DNA of 64,000 bases from Dehalococcoidia bacterium (GCA_034423215.1 DAOUIY010000067.1:52265-116264); one strand, 5' to 3'; positions 47,133-56,788 are shown, numbered from the stretch's first letter. The notes: generated from the sequence alone by a model not told the origin. Made by a program: numbers and translations.

Positions 47133-48644
47133 ATGACCCAAACCAAGACTATGCAATACGACCTGCTGATTGACGGCGAGTGGCAACCTGCCGCCAGCGG
47201 AGACTATTTTGACGTAGAAAACCCGGCTACGGGCCAAACGGTGGCCCGCATGGCCAACGCCGGCGAGGCCGACGTGGCCGCAGCGGTAGCCAGCGCCGAG
47301 CGGGCCTTCAAGCACGGCCCCTGGTCCACCATGCCCGACTCGGAACGGGGCAAGATTCTCTGGCGCATGGCCGACATAGTGGAAGAGCGGCGCATGGAAC
47401 TGGGCCGGATGGAGTCAATCTCCAACGGCCGGCCCATTTCAGAGACCTCTTCCCAGATGCTGGTGGTCGCCAGCTATTTCCGCTACTTTGCCGGCTTTTG
47501 CGATAAAATCCAGGGTTCCACCGTCCCCACCGACCGGGGCCACCTGAACTACACGGTGCGGGTTCCCCTTGGCGTGGTGGGGCAACTGACCCCCTGGAAT
47601 CACCCCCTGATGATCGCCTCCAAGAAGCTGGCCCCGGCCCTGGCCGCCGGCTGCGTGGTAGTCTTGAAACCGTCGGAATGGGCGCCATTGACTCCCACCG
47701 AGATCGGCAACATCGCATTGGAGGCAGGATTGCCGCCGGGCGTCCTGAACATCGTCAACGGCTTTGGACCCACCGCCGGCAAGGCCCTGGCCGGAGACCG
47801 TCGCCTGGGCAAGCTGGACCTGACCGGCGGCACCGAGACGGGCCGCGCCGTGGGCGAAGTGGTGGGCCGCAACCTCACTCCCTTCCAGGCGGAACTGGGC
47901 GGCAAGGCGCCGGTCATCGTGTTCCCTGACGCCAACCTGGACGAAGCGGTCAACGGTTGCGCCTTTGCCTCCTTCGTCGCCTCGGGCCAGACCTGCATCC
48001 AGGGCTCGCGGGCCCTGGTCCACAGCTCCATCTACGACCGGTTCGTGGAGCAACTGTCGGCCAAGGTATCGCAAATCCGGCTGGGCGACCCCACCGAGTT
48101 TGAAACCCAGATGGGGCCGGTGGTCTCAAGACCTTCATACGATCGCATACTGGACTACGTGAAGGGGGCCAGGGAGCAGGGGGCCAGGATTGCCCACGGC
48201 GGCAAACACGCCGACGGGGCGCAGTTCGCCAACGGATACTTCATCGAGCCGACGGTGCTGGCTGATGTGCGTCCCAATATGACAGTGGCGCAGGAGGAGA
48301 TATTCGGCCCGGTGGTCTGCGTAATCCCCTTTGACACCGAGGAGGAGGCCGTGGCCATCGCCAACGACATACCCTACGGGCTGGGGTGCTCGATCTGGAC
48401 CAGGGACGTGGCCCGCGCCCACCGGGTGGCCGGCGAGGTTGAGGCGGGTATTGTCTGGATTAACGACCATCACCGGCTTCACCCGGGCATACCCTGGGGC
48501 GGCTTCAAGGACAGCGGCTACGGGCGCGAGGGGAGCTTCGACTTCATCCACGAGTACACGGCTCCCAAGTACGTCTGCGTCCGCGTAGAATCCCAGGGGT
48601 TTGACTGGTACGCCGTTAGCGGCCCGGGCCAGCGTTTGAACTAG
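47133..48644 (+). CDS. Aldehyde dehydrogenase family protein
   Basis: LTPWNHP, KPSE, TGGTETG, ELGGKAP, GQTC, EEIFGPV, PWGGFKDSGYGRE. Confidence 0.95.
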   Translation: MTQTKTMQYDLLIDGEWQPAASGDYFDVENPATGQTVARMANAGEADVAAAVASAERAFKHGPWSTMPDSERGKILWRMADIVEERRMELGRMESISNGRPISETSSQMLVVASYFRYFAGFCDKIQGSTVPTDRGHLNYTVRVPLGVVGQLTPWNHPLMIASKKLAPALAAGCVVVLKPSEWAPLTPTEIGNIALEAGLPPGVLNIVNGFGPTAGKALAGDRRLGKLDLTGGTETGRAVGEVVGRNLTPFQAELGGKAPVIVFPDANLDEAVNGCAFASFVASGQTCIQGSRALVHSSIYDRFVEQLSAKVSQIRLGDPTEFETQMGPVVSRPSYDRILDYVKGAREQGARIAHGGKHADGAQFANGYFIEPTVLADVRPNMTVAQEEIFGPVVCVIPFDTEEEAVAIANDIPYGLGCSIWTRDVARAHRVAGEVEAGIVWINDHHRLHPGIPWGGFKDSGYGREGSFDFIHEYTAPKYVCVRVESQGFDWYAVSGPGQRLN

Positions 48645-49069
48645 AGGTGGGATCCTTGATTCTCCAAGAGACTGTCATCAGTGAAAGTGTCCACCGAAAC
48701 AATGATGTCCTCGGTTTCCCCAATGACATAGTGCAGCTTTTCGACCCCAATCACTTTGCCGGTGGTGTCCTTGATTAGTACCACATCGTGGACGGGTTCG
48801 TTGCGCTTACACTCCTTATCGGGATTGTCAAACCACACGGTTAGGGATTTCCTCGCCCGGTCATGGTGTACCTTAACCTTTAAGTCCGAAGGAGCATCGA
48901 GAGGGTAAACGTAGTCCTCAAAGGCAATAGCTTGCTCGTTAACGTCAAGGCTGACAATAGCGCTGACATCATCGTCAATGTCTGTGCAAATGTCCTCTTT
49001 CTTGGGGTCGTCCCAGCCGGCCCACAAAACGCCGTAGGGATGCGCATAGGAAACCCTTATTTCGGCCAT
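48641..49069 (-). CDS. DUF2283-like protein, apparently two tandem domains
   Basis: C-half HDRARKSLTVWFDNP..VVLIKDTTGKVIGVEK; N-half YGVLWAGWDDP..IVSLDVNEQAIAFE. Confidence 0.6.
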   Translation of the reverse strand: MAEIRVSYAHPYGVLWAGWDDPKKEDICTDIDDDVSAIVSLDVNEQAIAFEDYVYPLDAPSDLKVKVHHDRARKSLTVWFDNPDKECKRNEPVHDVVLIKDTTGKVIGVEKLHYVIGETEDIIVSVDTFTDDSLLENQGSHL

Positions 49070-49371
49070 ACTTTCACCCTGGCCTTTATATAATCGGTTG
49101 GATAGGCGTTAATCAAGAATCCGCCTCCGGGTTCGTTTCTGACCACAACCCGTAGATATCGGCGGCTTCCCTCCACTCGGTAGAATTCGTACATTTCCGG
49201 GTCTGTAAGACTCTGCCATACCTCGTCAGGGTTCATCAGGGTATCAGTAACATCATCCAGTCGCTCTGCCATGTCCGGGTGTTTTGTCAAAATGTACCGC
49301 CAGTAGTTACTGGGTGTATGGACGCCGAACCCCAATGGAGTAGGCACGTCAAATAAAATGGTACTTTGCAT
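49057..49371 (-). CDS. DUF4258-like putative toxin
   Basis: WRYILTKHPDM, TLMNPDEV, YLRVVV, GFLINAYPT. Confidence 0.65.
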   Translation of the reverse strand: MQSTILFDVPTPLGFGVHTPSNYWRYILTKHPDMAERLDDVTDTLMNPDEVWQSLTDPEMYEFYRVEGSRRYLRVVVRNEPGGGFLINAYPTDYIKARVKVWPK

Positions 49372-49465
49372 GTCCCTTTCACGTCTTCGAATTGTAGCAT
49401 ATCAGGACGGTGCATAATTTGTTAGAATAACCACACCACACCCCAATCTCCCGGGAGGAAATGCT

Positions 49466-50110
49466 ATGGACTTGCACTACGACGGCGAGGTGAAAATCGC
49501 CAAGATCAACATGGGTCCCTACGATAACAACGGCTACATTGTAGTCTGCCCCGAAACCAACGAGGGCATCATTATAGATACACCTGCCGAGCCCGAAAAG
49601 CTGATAGACCAGGTTGGCGACGTGCAGATTAAAGCCATCCTGATTACCCACAAGCACCAGGACCACCTGAATGGTTTCCACGAAATTACCGGCGCCATCG
49701 GCGCGCCCGTGGCAGTTCACGCCAACGACGTGGACGGCATCCCCCGCACCCCGGAAACGGTCTTGAACGATGGCGACACCATTTCCTTCGGCAACCAGAC
49801 AGCCCAAGCCATCTATACCCCCGGGCATACCGAAGGCGCCACCTGTTTCCTGGTAGGCAAGCACCTCTTTTCCGGGGACACCCTGTTCCCCGGCGGACCC
49901 GGCAAGTCCCGCAGTCCCGAACTCCTGCAGCAAATTCTGAGCAGCATCAGCAGCAAGCTGCTCACCCTGCCCGATGAAGTGGCCGTTTATGCCGGACACG
50001 GGCCGGTGGACACAACCATTGGCGAGGCCCGCCGTCGTTACCAGGTTTTCACGTCCAAGAGTCACTCCCCTGACCTGTTCGGCGACGTGGACTGGCTGGA
50101 AACCGAGTAA
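49466..50110 (+). CDS. Metallo-beta-lactamase fold hydrolase (glyoxalase II-like)
   Basis: THKHQDH, TPGHT, FSGDTLF, YAGHG. Confidence 0.92.
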   Translation: MDLHYDGEVKIAKINMGPYDNNGYIVVCPETNEGIIIDTPAEPEKLIDQVGDVQIKAILITHKHQDHLNGFHEITGAIGAPVAVHANDVDGIPRTPETVLNDGDTISFGNQTAQAIYTPGHTEGATCFLVGKHLFSGDTLFPGGPGKSRSPELLQQILSSISSKLLTLPDEVAVYAGHGPVDTTIGEARRRYQVFTSKSHSPDLFGDVDWLETE

Positions 50111-50316
50111 GCATTAGCAGGGCGTGAACGTATCAGGCTGTCGCCCTTCTGCCAGCCCGCTCACCTGATATTATCGCTTGCCCGACCATTTGGAGGACGT
50201 GGCAGGACTACCCAAAAGTGGGGAGCACCGATAATGTCGAATTGAGCGGGCATACTCTTGGGTCGCATCAGGGTCCGGGAAATGCGCGGAAGTGGCGTAT
50301 CAACTAGGTACAATCG

Positions 50317-50345
50317 TTGACACGCTACCCGATTCTTGGTAGACT
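50317..50345 (+). promoter_or_regulatory. Sigma70-type promoter
   Basis: TTGACA-17 nt-TAGACT. Confidence 0.6.
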
Positions 50346-50415
50346 TCAAGGTCATGATAGCAAGTATCATATTGCTGGTCAGCATATACAAAATTACAAA
50401 AAGGTGAGGCTATCC

Positions 50416-50622
50416 ATGTCAGAATTCACCGCATACAGTTTCAAAGCACGGCGTCAGGTTCCGGTCAAAGACGTTAAGTTGGTGCGCTACAAGAACGGTC
50501 GTTACGGCATTCAGGGTCAGGCCGCCGAAGGGCCCGAAGGCGTGGTATCCAAGATGATAAGCACCGCGCAGGCCGAGGAAATGCAGAAGGCCGGTTACTC
50601 CGTTAACGACATGTCGGGTTAA
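50416..50622 (+). CDS. Small basic DUF5679-like protein lacking cysteines
   Basis: 68 aa after AAGGTGAGG RBS; AYSFKARR..YKNGRYGIQG resembles the AYCxKC..KNGR..G pattern. Confidence 0.6.
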   Translation: MSEFTAYSFKARRQVPVKDVKLVRYKNGRYGIQGQAAEGPEGVVSKMISTAQAEEMQKAGYSVNDMSG

Positions 50623-50720
50623 GTACACCCTCGGAAAGCAGCGAAACTTCGCTGGGCTTCCTTCTCGTTAACCCCTTATGGGCCGGGAGCGAGCTTCGCC
50701 AAAACCTTATTGAGGCAAAA

Positions 50721-51995
50721 ATGTTCCAACGCACCGTTCTGGACAACCAACTGAGAATCCTTACCTCCGCCATGCCCCACTCCACGTCGGTGTCAATGAC
50801 AATAAGCGTAGGGGCCGGCTCCCGCTACGAGCCTCAAGAGTTGGCCGGCCTTTCCCACTTCCTGGAACATTTGCCCTTCAAGGGCACCGAAAACTGGCCC
50901 ACGGCTCGCCACGTCAGCGAGGCCGTTGAGGGTGTGGGCGGCATCATGAACGCCAGCACCGACCGGGAACTGACCGTTTTCTGGTGCAAGGTAGCCAGGC
51001 TGCACTTCAAGCAGGCCTTCGCCGTGCTGCTGGACCTGGTGCTGAACCCTCTGCTGGACCCGGTTGAAATGGAAAAGGAACGGGAGGTCATCCAGGAAGA
51101 ACTACGCATGACCTATGATTACCCGTCCCAGCGGGTGGACTTGCTCATAGACGAACTGTTGTGGCCCGAACAGGCCATGGGCCGGGACGTGGGCGGCACG
51201 CTGGAGTCCGTGGACCGCATCACCCTGGAAAACGTCCGGGACTACATGATTCAACAGTACAACCCGGCCAACACGGTTATAGCCGTGGCCGGCAACATTG
51301 ACCATGCCGAAGTGGTGGATATGGTGAACGAAGCCACCGCCGGATGGCTGCCGCGCCCGGGCCTGGACTGGGAGCCGGTGGTGGACCATTACGCGGATGC
51401 GGGCATGGGCCCGGTGGCGAAGGTGGAGCAGCGGCAGGCAGACCAGGCCCACATTTGCCTGGGCCTGCCGGGAATCTCATTGACCGATCCAGACCGCTAC
51501 TCCCTGGCCATATTGAACGGAGTCCTGGGCGACGGCATGAGCAGCCGCCTCTTTCTGAACCTGAGGGAAGAGCAGGGACTGGCCTATGATGTCGCCAGTT
51601 CCCTCAATCACTTCCGCGATTGCGGCTCCCTGGTGGTCTATTGCGGGGTTGAACCCAGGAAGACGGCGGAAGCGGTGCGGGCGGTGATGAAGGACCTTTC
51701 CGGCATGCGCCAGCCCGTGCCGGAAGCCGAGTTGAAAAAGGCGAAAGAATACTCCAAGGGCCGCCTGATGCTTCGCATGGAAGATACCCGCTCGGTGGCG
51801 GCGTGGCTTGGCGGGCAGGAACTGCTGTTGGGACAAATCGCTACCCTGGACGAGACCATCGCCAAAATAGACGAGGTTGGCGCCGAGGACGTGGCAAGAA
51901 TTGCGGAGCGGGTGCTGGACCCGGACAAGCTGCGCCTGGCAGTGGTGGGGCCCAATGAAGGAGGAAAGGAACTTCAGGAGTTACTGCGGTTTTAG
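50721..51995 (+). CDS. M16 family zinc peptidase (pitrilysin-like)
   Basis: GSRYE, HFLEHLPFKGT inverted HxxEH, MNAST, GDGMSSRLF. Confidence 0.95.
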   Translation: MFQRTVLDNQLRILTSAMPHSTSVSMTISVGAGSRYEPQELAGLSHFLEHLPFKGTENWPTARHVSEAVEGVGGIMNASTDRELTVFWCKVARLHFKQAFAVLLDLVLNPLLDPVEMEKEREVIQEELRMTYDYPSQRVDLLIDELLWPEQAMGRDVGGTLESVDRITLENVRDYMIQQYNPANTVIAVAGNIDHAEVVDMVNEATAGWLPRPGLDWEPVVDHYADAGMGPVAKVEQRQADQAHICLGLPGISLTDPDRYSLAILNGVLGDGMSSRLFLNLREEQGLAYDVASSLNHFRDCGSLVVYCGVEPRKTAEAVRAVMKDLSGMRQPVPEAELKKAKEYSKGRLMLRMEDTRSVAAWLGGQELLLGQIATLDETIAKIDEVGAEDVARIAERVLDPDKLRLAVVGPNEGGKELQELLRF

Positions 51996-52026
51996 GTACG
52001 CAGTTTTCTAATTTTCACCGCAGGGC

Positions 52027-52380
52027 TTATTCTCCCTTCTCGTCATCCGGACCGTCAGGGGGAGGTTCGTCAAAGGGCGAACCGGACCGAAGCGCTGCCT
52101 GTTGCCGCCGGTACCATGCCATCCATTCTTCTTGCAACTCTCTCTTCCCTTGATTCTTCAACTGCCTTATTCTGCGGGGAATTAGTAGAACCATATAACC
52201 TATTCCCTCCGATACAACTGCGACAAACAAGGCTATGCCTATGGAAGCCCCGGCAATAGCAGCCAAAAGATAGACATAGTTTTCAACAGTGAAGCTGCGC
52301 CAGTTCAACGCCACTAATGTGATGACCGAAACGAAGTAAACCAGGTAATAAACTACCCAGTAGTCCCGCACACCTCTCAT
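52027..52380 (-). CDS. Small two-TM hypothetical protein, FDEPPP family
   Basis: Two TMs then WMAWYRRQQAALRSGSPFDEPPP; paralogues at 56898 and 57112. Confidence 0.65.
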   Translation of the reverse strand: MRGVRDYWVVYYLVYFVSVITLVALNWRSFTVENYVYLLAAIAGASIGIALFVAVVSEGIGYMVLLIPRRIRQLKNQGKRELQEEWMAWYRRQQAALRSGSPFDEPPPDGPDDEKGE

Positions 52381-52513
52381 TATATCGCCGTTGTAACCCC
52401 TTTGTACTCCAGCTTCTTCTCAAAATGGCAGGGATTCCGCCCCGGTACTAACTTGGACCAACCAGGCAAGCGGAATCCCCATTCCGTTCTAAAGTCGTCA
52501 AGACCTCCTGACC

Positions 52514-53554
52514 CTACTTGAACACCGCCAGGCACTTGGGAGCGTTGAAGCTCCAGCACTCCGCCCACTCCAGATAGTCGGCTCGCCGGTCCAATTCGGC
52601 CATGGCGCCCACCAGGCACTGCCAGTTCAGCGTCTCCTGCTGGCCAGATTCCTCTACCTGGTGCAATGTCCAGTTCTTCCAGGTGTCGTACTCGCCCTTG
52701 CGTAGCGCGTCCAGCAGCACTCGGTCGGCCTCCAGGTCCGGATAGACCCAGCTATTCTTCTCGGTCAGGAATGCGTGGGACCAGCTGGATGATGCCATCA
52801 AGACGACCCGGTAGGGACTGTCAATCAGGGCCCTGGCCGTTGCCTGCCCAATCTCGAAGCAGCGGCGCGGCGTGGGCGAAGGCGGGTCAAGCTCTTCCTC
52901 GAAAACTTCGGCGCCGCCCCGCATCCGGACCACGTTGCTGCCGTAGCAGTTCACCGCCATGGGCAGCACGGGATAATTAAACCCCTTGCGGTCCAGGTCC
53001 AGGAACAGCAACGTGTTGGCAAAGGCATGGCCCAGCCCGGCCTTCTCGTGCAGGGGCTTGTAGGCATAGGCCATGTCAACGCCCTGCTCAATCAGCCGAC
53101 GCGTGAGGTAGCGACCGGCTTCCCGGTGGCCGGGGACGCTGAAAACCTTGTCCCTGGGCTCGTCCCACACGTTGGGCCGGTCACCAATGCGATGGTAGGG
53201 CTGAAAGTCAATCTGGTCATAGGCCAGCACACAGAAGGGAGGAATGATGTCCTCGCGGAAGTTCTCGTACTGGTCGTCGCCCCACAACAGGATAAAGTCA
53301 GGGTTAAAGGCGTCTATCTCTTCCCGTATCTTTCGGAAGGCGTTAAACACCTGGGCCCGATGCGCCTTGTGGGAGGTGATTCCCTCGTCGTCTCCCCACT
53401 CGGCCTGCATTTCCGCGGGCCAATTGGACGGGTCCTTCATGTGATCGGGAATGCGGTTGGTCTTGAGCATGCGGGTCAGGGGCCAGGGCTTGTATTCGTC
53501 GGGCACCAGCCCGGGGGGATAGTGAGTAGCGCCTACGCCAAGTATTTCTCCCAT
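52514..53554 (-). CDS. Class III extradiol dioxygenase-like (LigB/GalA family) protein
   Basis: GVGATHYP, WGDDQYENF, GLGHAF, MASSSWSHAF, ESGQQETLNW. Confidence 0.8.
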   Translation of the reverse strand: MGEILGVGATHYPPGLVPDEYKPWPLTRMLKTNRIPDHMKDPSNWPAEMQAEWGDDEGITSHKAHRAQVFNAFRKIREEIDAFNPDFILLWGDDQYENFREDIIPPFCVLAYDQIDFQPYHRIGDRPNVWDEPRDKVFSVPGHREAGRYLTRRLIEQGVDMAYAYKPLHEKAGLGHAFANTLLFLDLDRKGFNYPVLPMAVNCYGSNVVRMRGGAEVFEEELDPPSPTPRRCFEIGQATARALIDSPYRVVLMASSSWSHAFLTEKNSWVYPDLEADRVLLDALRKGEYDTWKNWTLHQVEESGQQETLNWQCLVGAMAELDRRADYLEWAECWSFNAPKCLAVFK

Positions 53555-53697
53555 CAGTACCTCCGCTCAGGTATGCAATTCAGGCATGTATTCGCCCGCC
53601 AGTGCGAGTTTCCACCTGTATTAAACGTGGCTGGAATTATAGGAGCGTCCCGCCGGCATAGTCAACGAACAGAAAATATCCGGTCTTCTTCGGGTCC

Positions 53698-54096
53698 CTA
53701 CACCTTCTCTTCAGTTGAAACCAACTCCTCGGCCCGGGGACGGTCCTCAGGCAGGGTAGAAAGCGCAATCGTGGCAAACCCTTCCGTGCGGTCCAGGATA
53801 TGTACACTTCGGATGTTAATGCCGGCATCGCCGAATCGCTGCGCCACCCTGGCCAGGGCCCCGGGCTCGTCCTTCAGGCGGATAAGCAGCGCATCATCGG
53901 TGACTGCGGAATAACCGGCTTCCGCCAGCGCCACCAGCGCCCGGTCGGTGTCGTCAGTGCTGATGATGATAGTGCCGTGTTCCCCATTTACTTGGGTGTT
54001 AATGGATTCCAGGTTTACGTTGGCCTGGGCCAGGACGCCGGTGACATCCGACAGGACGCCAACTTCATCCCGGGCCATGATGACAATACGCTCCAA
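53698..54096 (-). CDS. Tandem ACT-domain protein
   Basis: RDEVGVLSDVTGVLAQANVNLESI and KDEPGALARVAQRFGDAGINIRS. Confidence 0.88.
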   Translation of the reverse strand: MERIVIMARDEVGVLSDVTGVLAQANVNLESINTQVNGEHGTIIISTDDTDRALVALAEAGYSAVTDDALLIRLKDEPGALARVAQRFGDAGINIRSVHILDRTEGFATIALSTLPEDRPRAEELVSTEEKV

Positions 54097-54125
54097 GAGA
54101 CTCCTCCGGTTGGAAACTTCGAAAA

Positions 54126-55259
54126 CTAACCCGCGACCCGCAACTCGAACCCTGCCAGGCAGTCGTCAACCAGTCTGTCCACCATTTCCCGGGTCACATG
54201 GGGCATGGTAATCAGATGGGCCAGATTGCGGTGGGGCGCAAGCTGCCACTTGCTAATCACTTCCTGGGGCGGCCTGGGGAACAGCACCGTAACCGAGTTC
54301 GGGTTGCGCCAGGCCGGCACGCCGCTGTCGTTGAGCCGATTCTCGGCGTATTCGGCCACCTCCAGCATGCCTTTAACCAGGTCCCTCAATCCCTCTTCCC
54401 CATAGCGCTCCAGGGCATACCATAGCAGCAGCGGGGTCCAGGCGTTGCGGGAGCCGGGAATGGTGGTATCCAGCACCCCCACGTATTCGACGGAGCGGGA
54501 TATGCGGGACACATACTCCTTCCGGGTCAGCACTACGCCACAGGGAATGGGAGAGCCTATCAACTTGTGCCCGCTGACCGCCAGGCTGTCCGCTCCGGCG
54601 TCAAAGCCAAAGGGCTGCGGGTCGGGCACAAAGGGCAGGATCATCCCGCTGAGGGCGGCGTCCGAATGAATGTATGAGCGGGTGATGGCGAGTTCCCCCA
54701 GGATTTCCCGCACCTTGTCCAGGTTGTCCACCGCGCCCTTCATGGTGGTGCCTATATTGGCCATAAAGATAACCGGCACGTCCCGGTTTATCCGAATGGT
54801 CTCATGGAGGTCGTCGTAGTCTATTTCCCCGTTTTCCTGGCTCCGAATCATTATGTTGCGCATGTTCAGCACCTGCAGAATCTTCAGGATGCTGTAGTGG
54901 GTGTCCTGGGAGAAATAGACCACTCCGTTGGGGTGCAGTTCTCGGGCCATGTACAGGCCGTACATGTTTCCTTCGGTGCCGCCGGTGGTTACGTAGCCCC
55001 AGGCGTGCTCGGGGTTGAGGCGCGCCAGCGAGGCGAACTTGGCGATTACTTCCCGCTCAAACTCGTGGCAGTTGACCCGGTAGTTGGTGCCATGAAATGG
55101 GTCGCCCACATTATTGGCGTTGTAATTCAGGAAAGGCAGCAGGTCGCTATAGTCGAAATCCAGGTTGGCCGGATAGCCCATCATGTGCGCCGATGCTTCT
55201 TCAAAGGACTCCTGGAGCGCGGCCAGGCGTTGCTTCGCTGCCTGATTCAGTTCTTTCAA
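54126..55259 (-). CDS. PLP-dependent group II decarboxylase, histidine/serine decarboxylase family
   Basis: GYP.NLDFDY, WGYVTTGGTEGN, THYS, GTTMKGAVD, HSDAA, SGHKLIGSPIPCG. Confidence 0.88.
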   Translation of the reverse strand: MKELNQAAKQRLAALQESFEEASAHMMGYPANLDFDYSDLLPFLNYNANNVGDPFHGTNYRVNCHEFEREVIAKFASLARLNPEHAWGYVTTGGTEGNMYGLYMARELHPNGVVYFSQDTHYSILKILQVLNMRNIMIRSQENGEIDYDDLHETIRINRDVPVIFMANIGTTMKGAVDNLDKVREILGELAITRSYIHSDAALSGMILPFVPDPQPFGFDAGADSLAVSGHKLIGSPIPCGVVLTRKEYVSRISRSVEYVGVLDTTIPGSRNAWTPLLLWYALERYGEEGLRDLVKGMLEVAEYAENRLNDSGVPAWRNPNSVTVLFPRPPQEVISKWQLAPHRNLAHLITMPHVTREMVDRLVDDCLAGFELRVAG

Positions 55260-55392
55260 ATTGATTGACCCCTGGGTATAGGGATTGAGAGTATGCGGCT
55301 GGGCGAGGGTTCTCTCTCAGCAAATTATAGCATCGCAATCAGACAAGCCTTGATTCTGCTACCCTCGCTTCCCCGGAAACCGGGTCGGCGGC

Positions 55393-55425
55393 AAAAAAAA
55401 GAGGGGCGAGCTCGTTACCCGCCCC
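55393..55425 (-). terminator. Intrinsic terminator on minus strand
   Basis: GGGGCGGG-TAACGAG-CTCGCCCC-TC-T8 on minus strand. Confidence 0.75.
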
Positions 55426-55573
55426 GATGCAGACAAAACCGGTTGGCAATATCTACCCAAATATCTCAATGCTATCAGCGAACGTCCGGTGTGTACCGTC
55501 AGTATGATGTGGCAGCATTCACGCCCATCGTTGCCTTCCCTCGTTAATGGGGCAGGGACTATTGAGATAATTA

Positions 55574-56788
55574 CTAAATAGTCAGCTCCAGGATATACAG
55601 TCCTCCCTTCAGCCGGTCAACTACGTACATGATCCCGTTCTCGTCCACGTAAACGTCGTTGATGCCGTTGGAAGGCGCGCCGTCGGGAATCTCCGGCACA
55701 AAGTACGCCACCTCTTCAGGGCGGAAGGGATCGCTGGTGTCGTAAACCCGCACGCCGGCGTTGAACAGGGTGGCGAATATCAGGGTGTCAGAGAAGAAGC
55801 ACGTGGCCCCGGGCTGGTTCTCGTAAACATTGTGGGCGCCGAACCGTCCCGGTCGGTTAAAGAAGTCCTCAGTATCGGGCATGGGCAGCGTGCTGATGAT
55901 GATGGGGTTGGTTTCGTCCCGAATGTCCATCATCCACATCAACTTGGGATAGTCCTCTCCGTTGAGCCGCACGGCCTCCTGGGTCACCAGCATTAGGTCA
56001 CGATCAAAGAGGGGCAGTACCGTGTGGGTAAAGCCGGGGAAGGGGGGCGCGTAGTTGATATGGCTGACCATCCTGGGGTTAGCCTTGTCCTCAATGTCCA
56101 GGATGACCACACCCGAATCCATGTAGGCGCAGTAGGCCCGGTCGGGACGTTCGGGATAGACATTGCCGTTATGCAGCCGGTGGCCGGCGTCAAACTGGGG
56201 GTGCCTGGCCGGCATGGGGTCCGAGTCCCCTTCCCTGGTGCCGGGGAACCACCAGCGGCCGGCTTCCCGGGGAGCAGTGGGGTCCGAAACGTCCACAATC
56301 ATGTAAAACTGGTCGTCCTTCTGGTTGCGGGGCTGGAAGTCCGCCGCACCGGTGGACAGATGGGCGTAATTCCCTTCCACCCACCAAAGGCAATGGCAAC
56401 CCCGGGAGTACTCGCCGCCCAGGTCCATGAAGCCGATTTGCTGGGGTTCTTCCGGGTTGCTGATGTTATACACACCCATTCCTGTGCCCGGCTGGCCGGG
56501 TTCCAGCGACTGGTAGGCCACCAGCATGGTATCGTCCACGATGGAGAGGGAATTGGACCGCAGGTGACCGTAGGCCAACTCGGTCTGCGCCAACAGCCTG
56601 GGGTTGGCAATGTCGGTGACGTCAACGCTGGTTATGTCCTTGGGGGCGCTTTCGTGGGCCAAGTAAAGCACCCGCCGCCCGTCCCTGGTCTGGTGCAGGT
56701 GAACTCCCTCGCCTATGTTGCCATAGCCGTTAAGGTCGTGGTGGGAGACCAAGCGCATGTTTCTGATTTCCTGCGTTTGCGTTGCCAT
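55574..56788 (-). CDS. LVIVD-repeat beta-propeller protein
   Basis: Repeated VDVTD/IVDVSDP/VILDIED/VYDTSDP units; His-rich motifs GCH, RLHN, FTHT, GAHN. Confidence 0.85.
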   Translation of the reverse strand: MATQTQEIRNMRLVSHHDLNGYGNIGEGVHLHQTRDGRRVLYLAHESAPKDITSVDVTDIANPRLLAQTELAYGHLRSNSLSIVDDTMLVAYQSLEPGQPGTGMGVYNISNPEEPQQIGFMDLGGEYSRGCHCLWWVEGNYAHLSTGAADFQPRNQKDDQFYMIVDVSDPTAPREAGRWWFPGTREGDSDPMPARHPQFDAGHRLHNGNVYPERPDRAYCAYMDSGVVILDIEDKANPRMVSHINYAPPFPGFTHTVLPLFDRDLMLVTQEAVRLNGEDYPKLMWMMDIRDETNPIIISTLPMPDTEDFFNRPGRFGAHNVYENQPGATCFFSDTLIFATLFNAGVRVYDTSDPFRPEEVAYFVPEIPDGAPSNGINDVYVDENGIMYVVDRLKGGLYILELTI

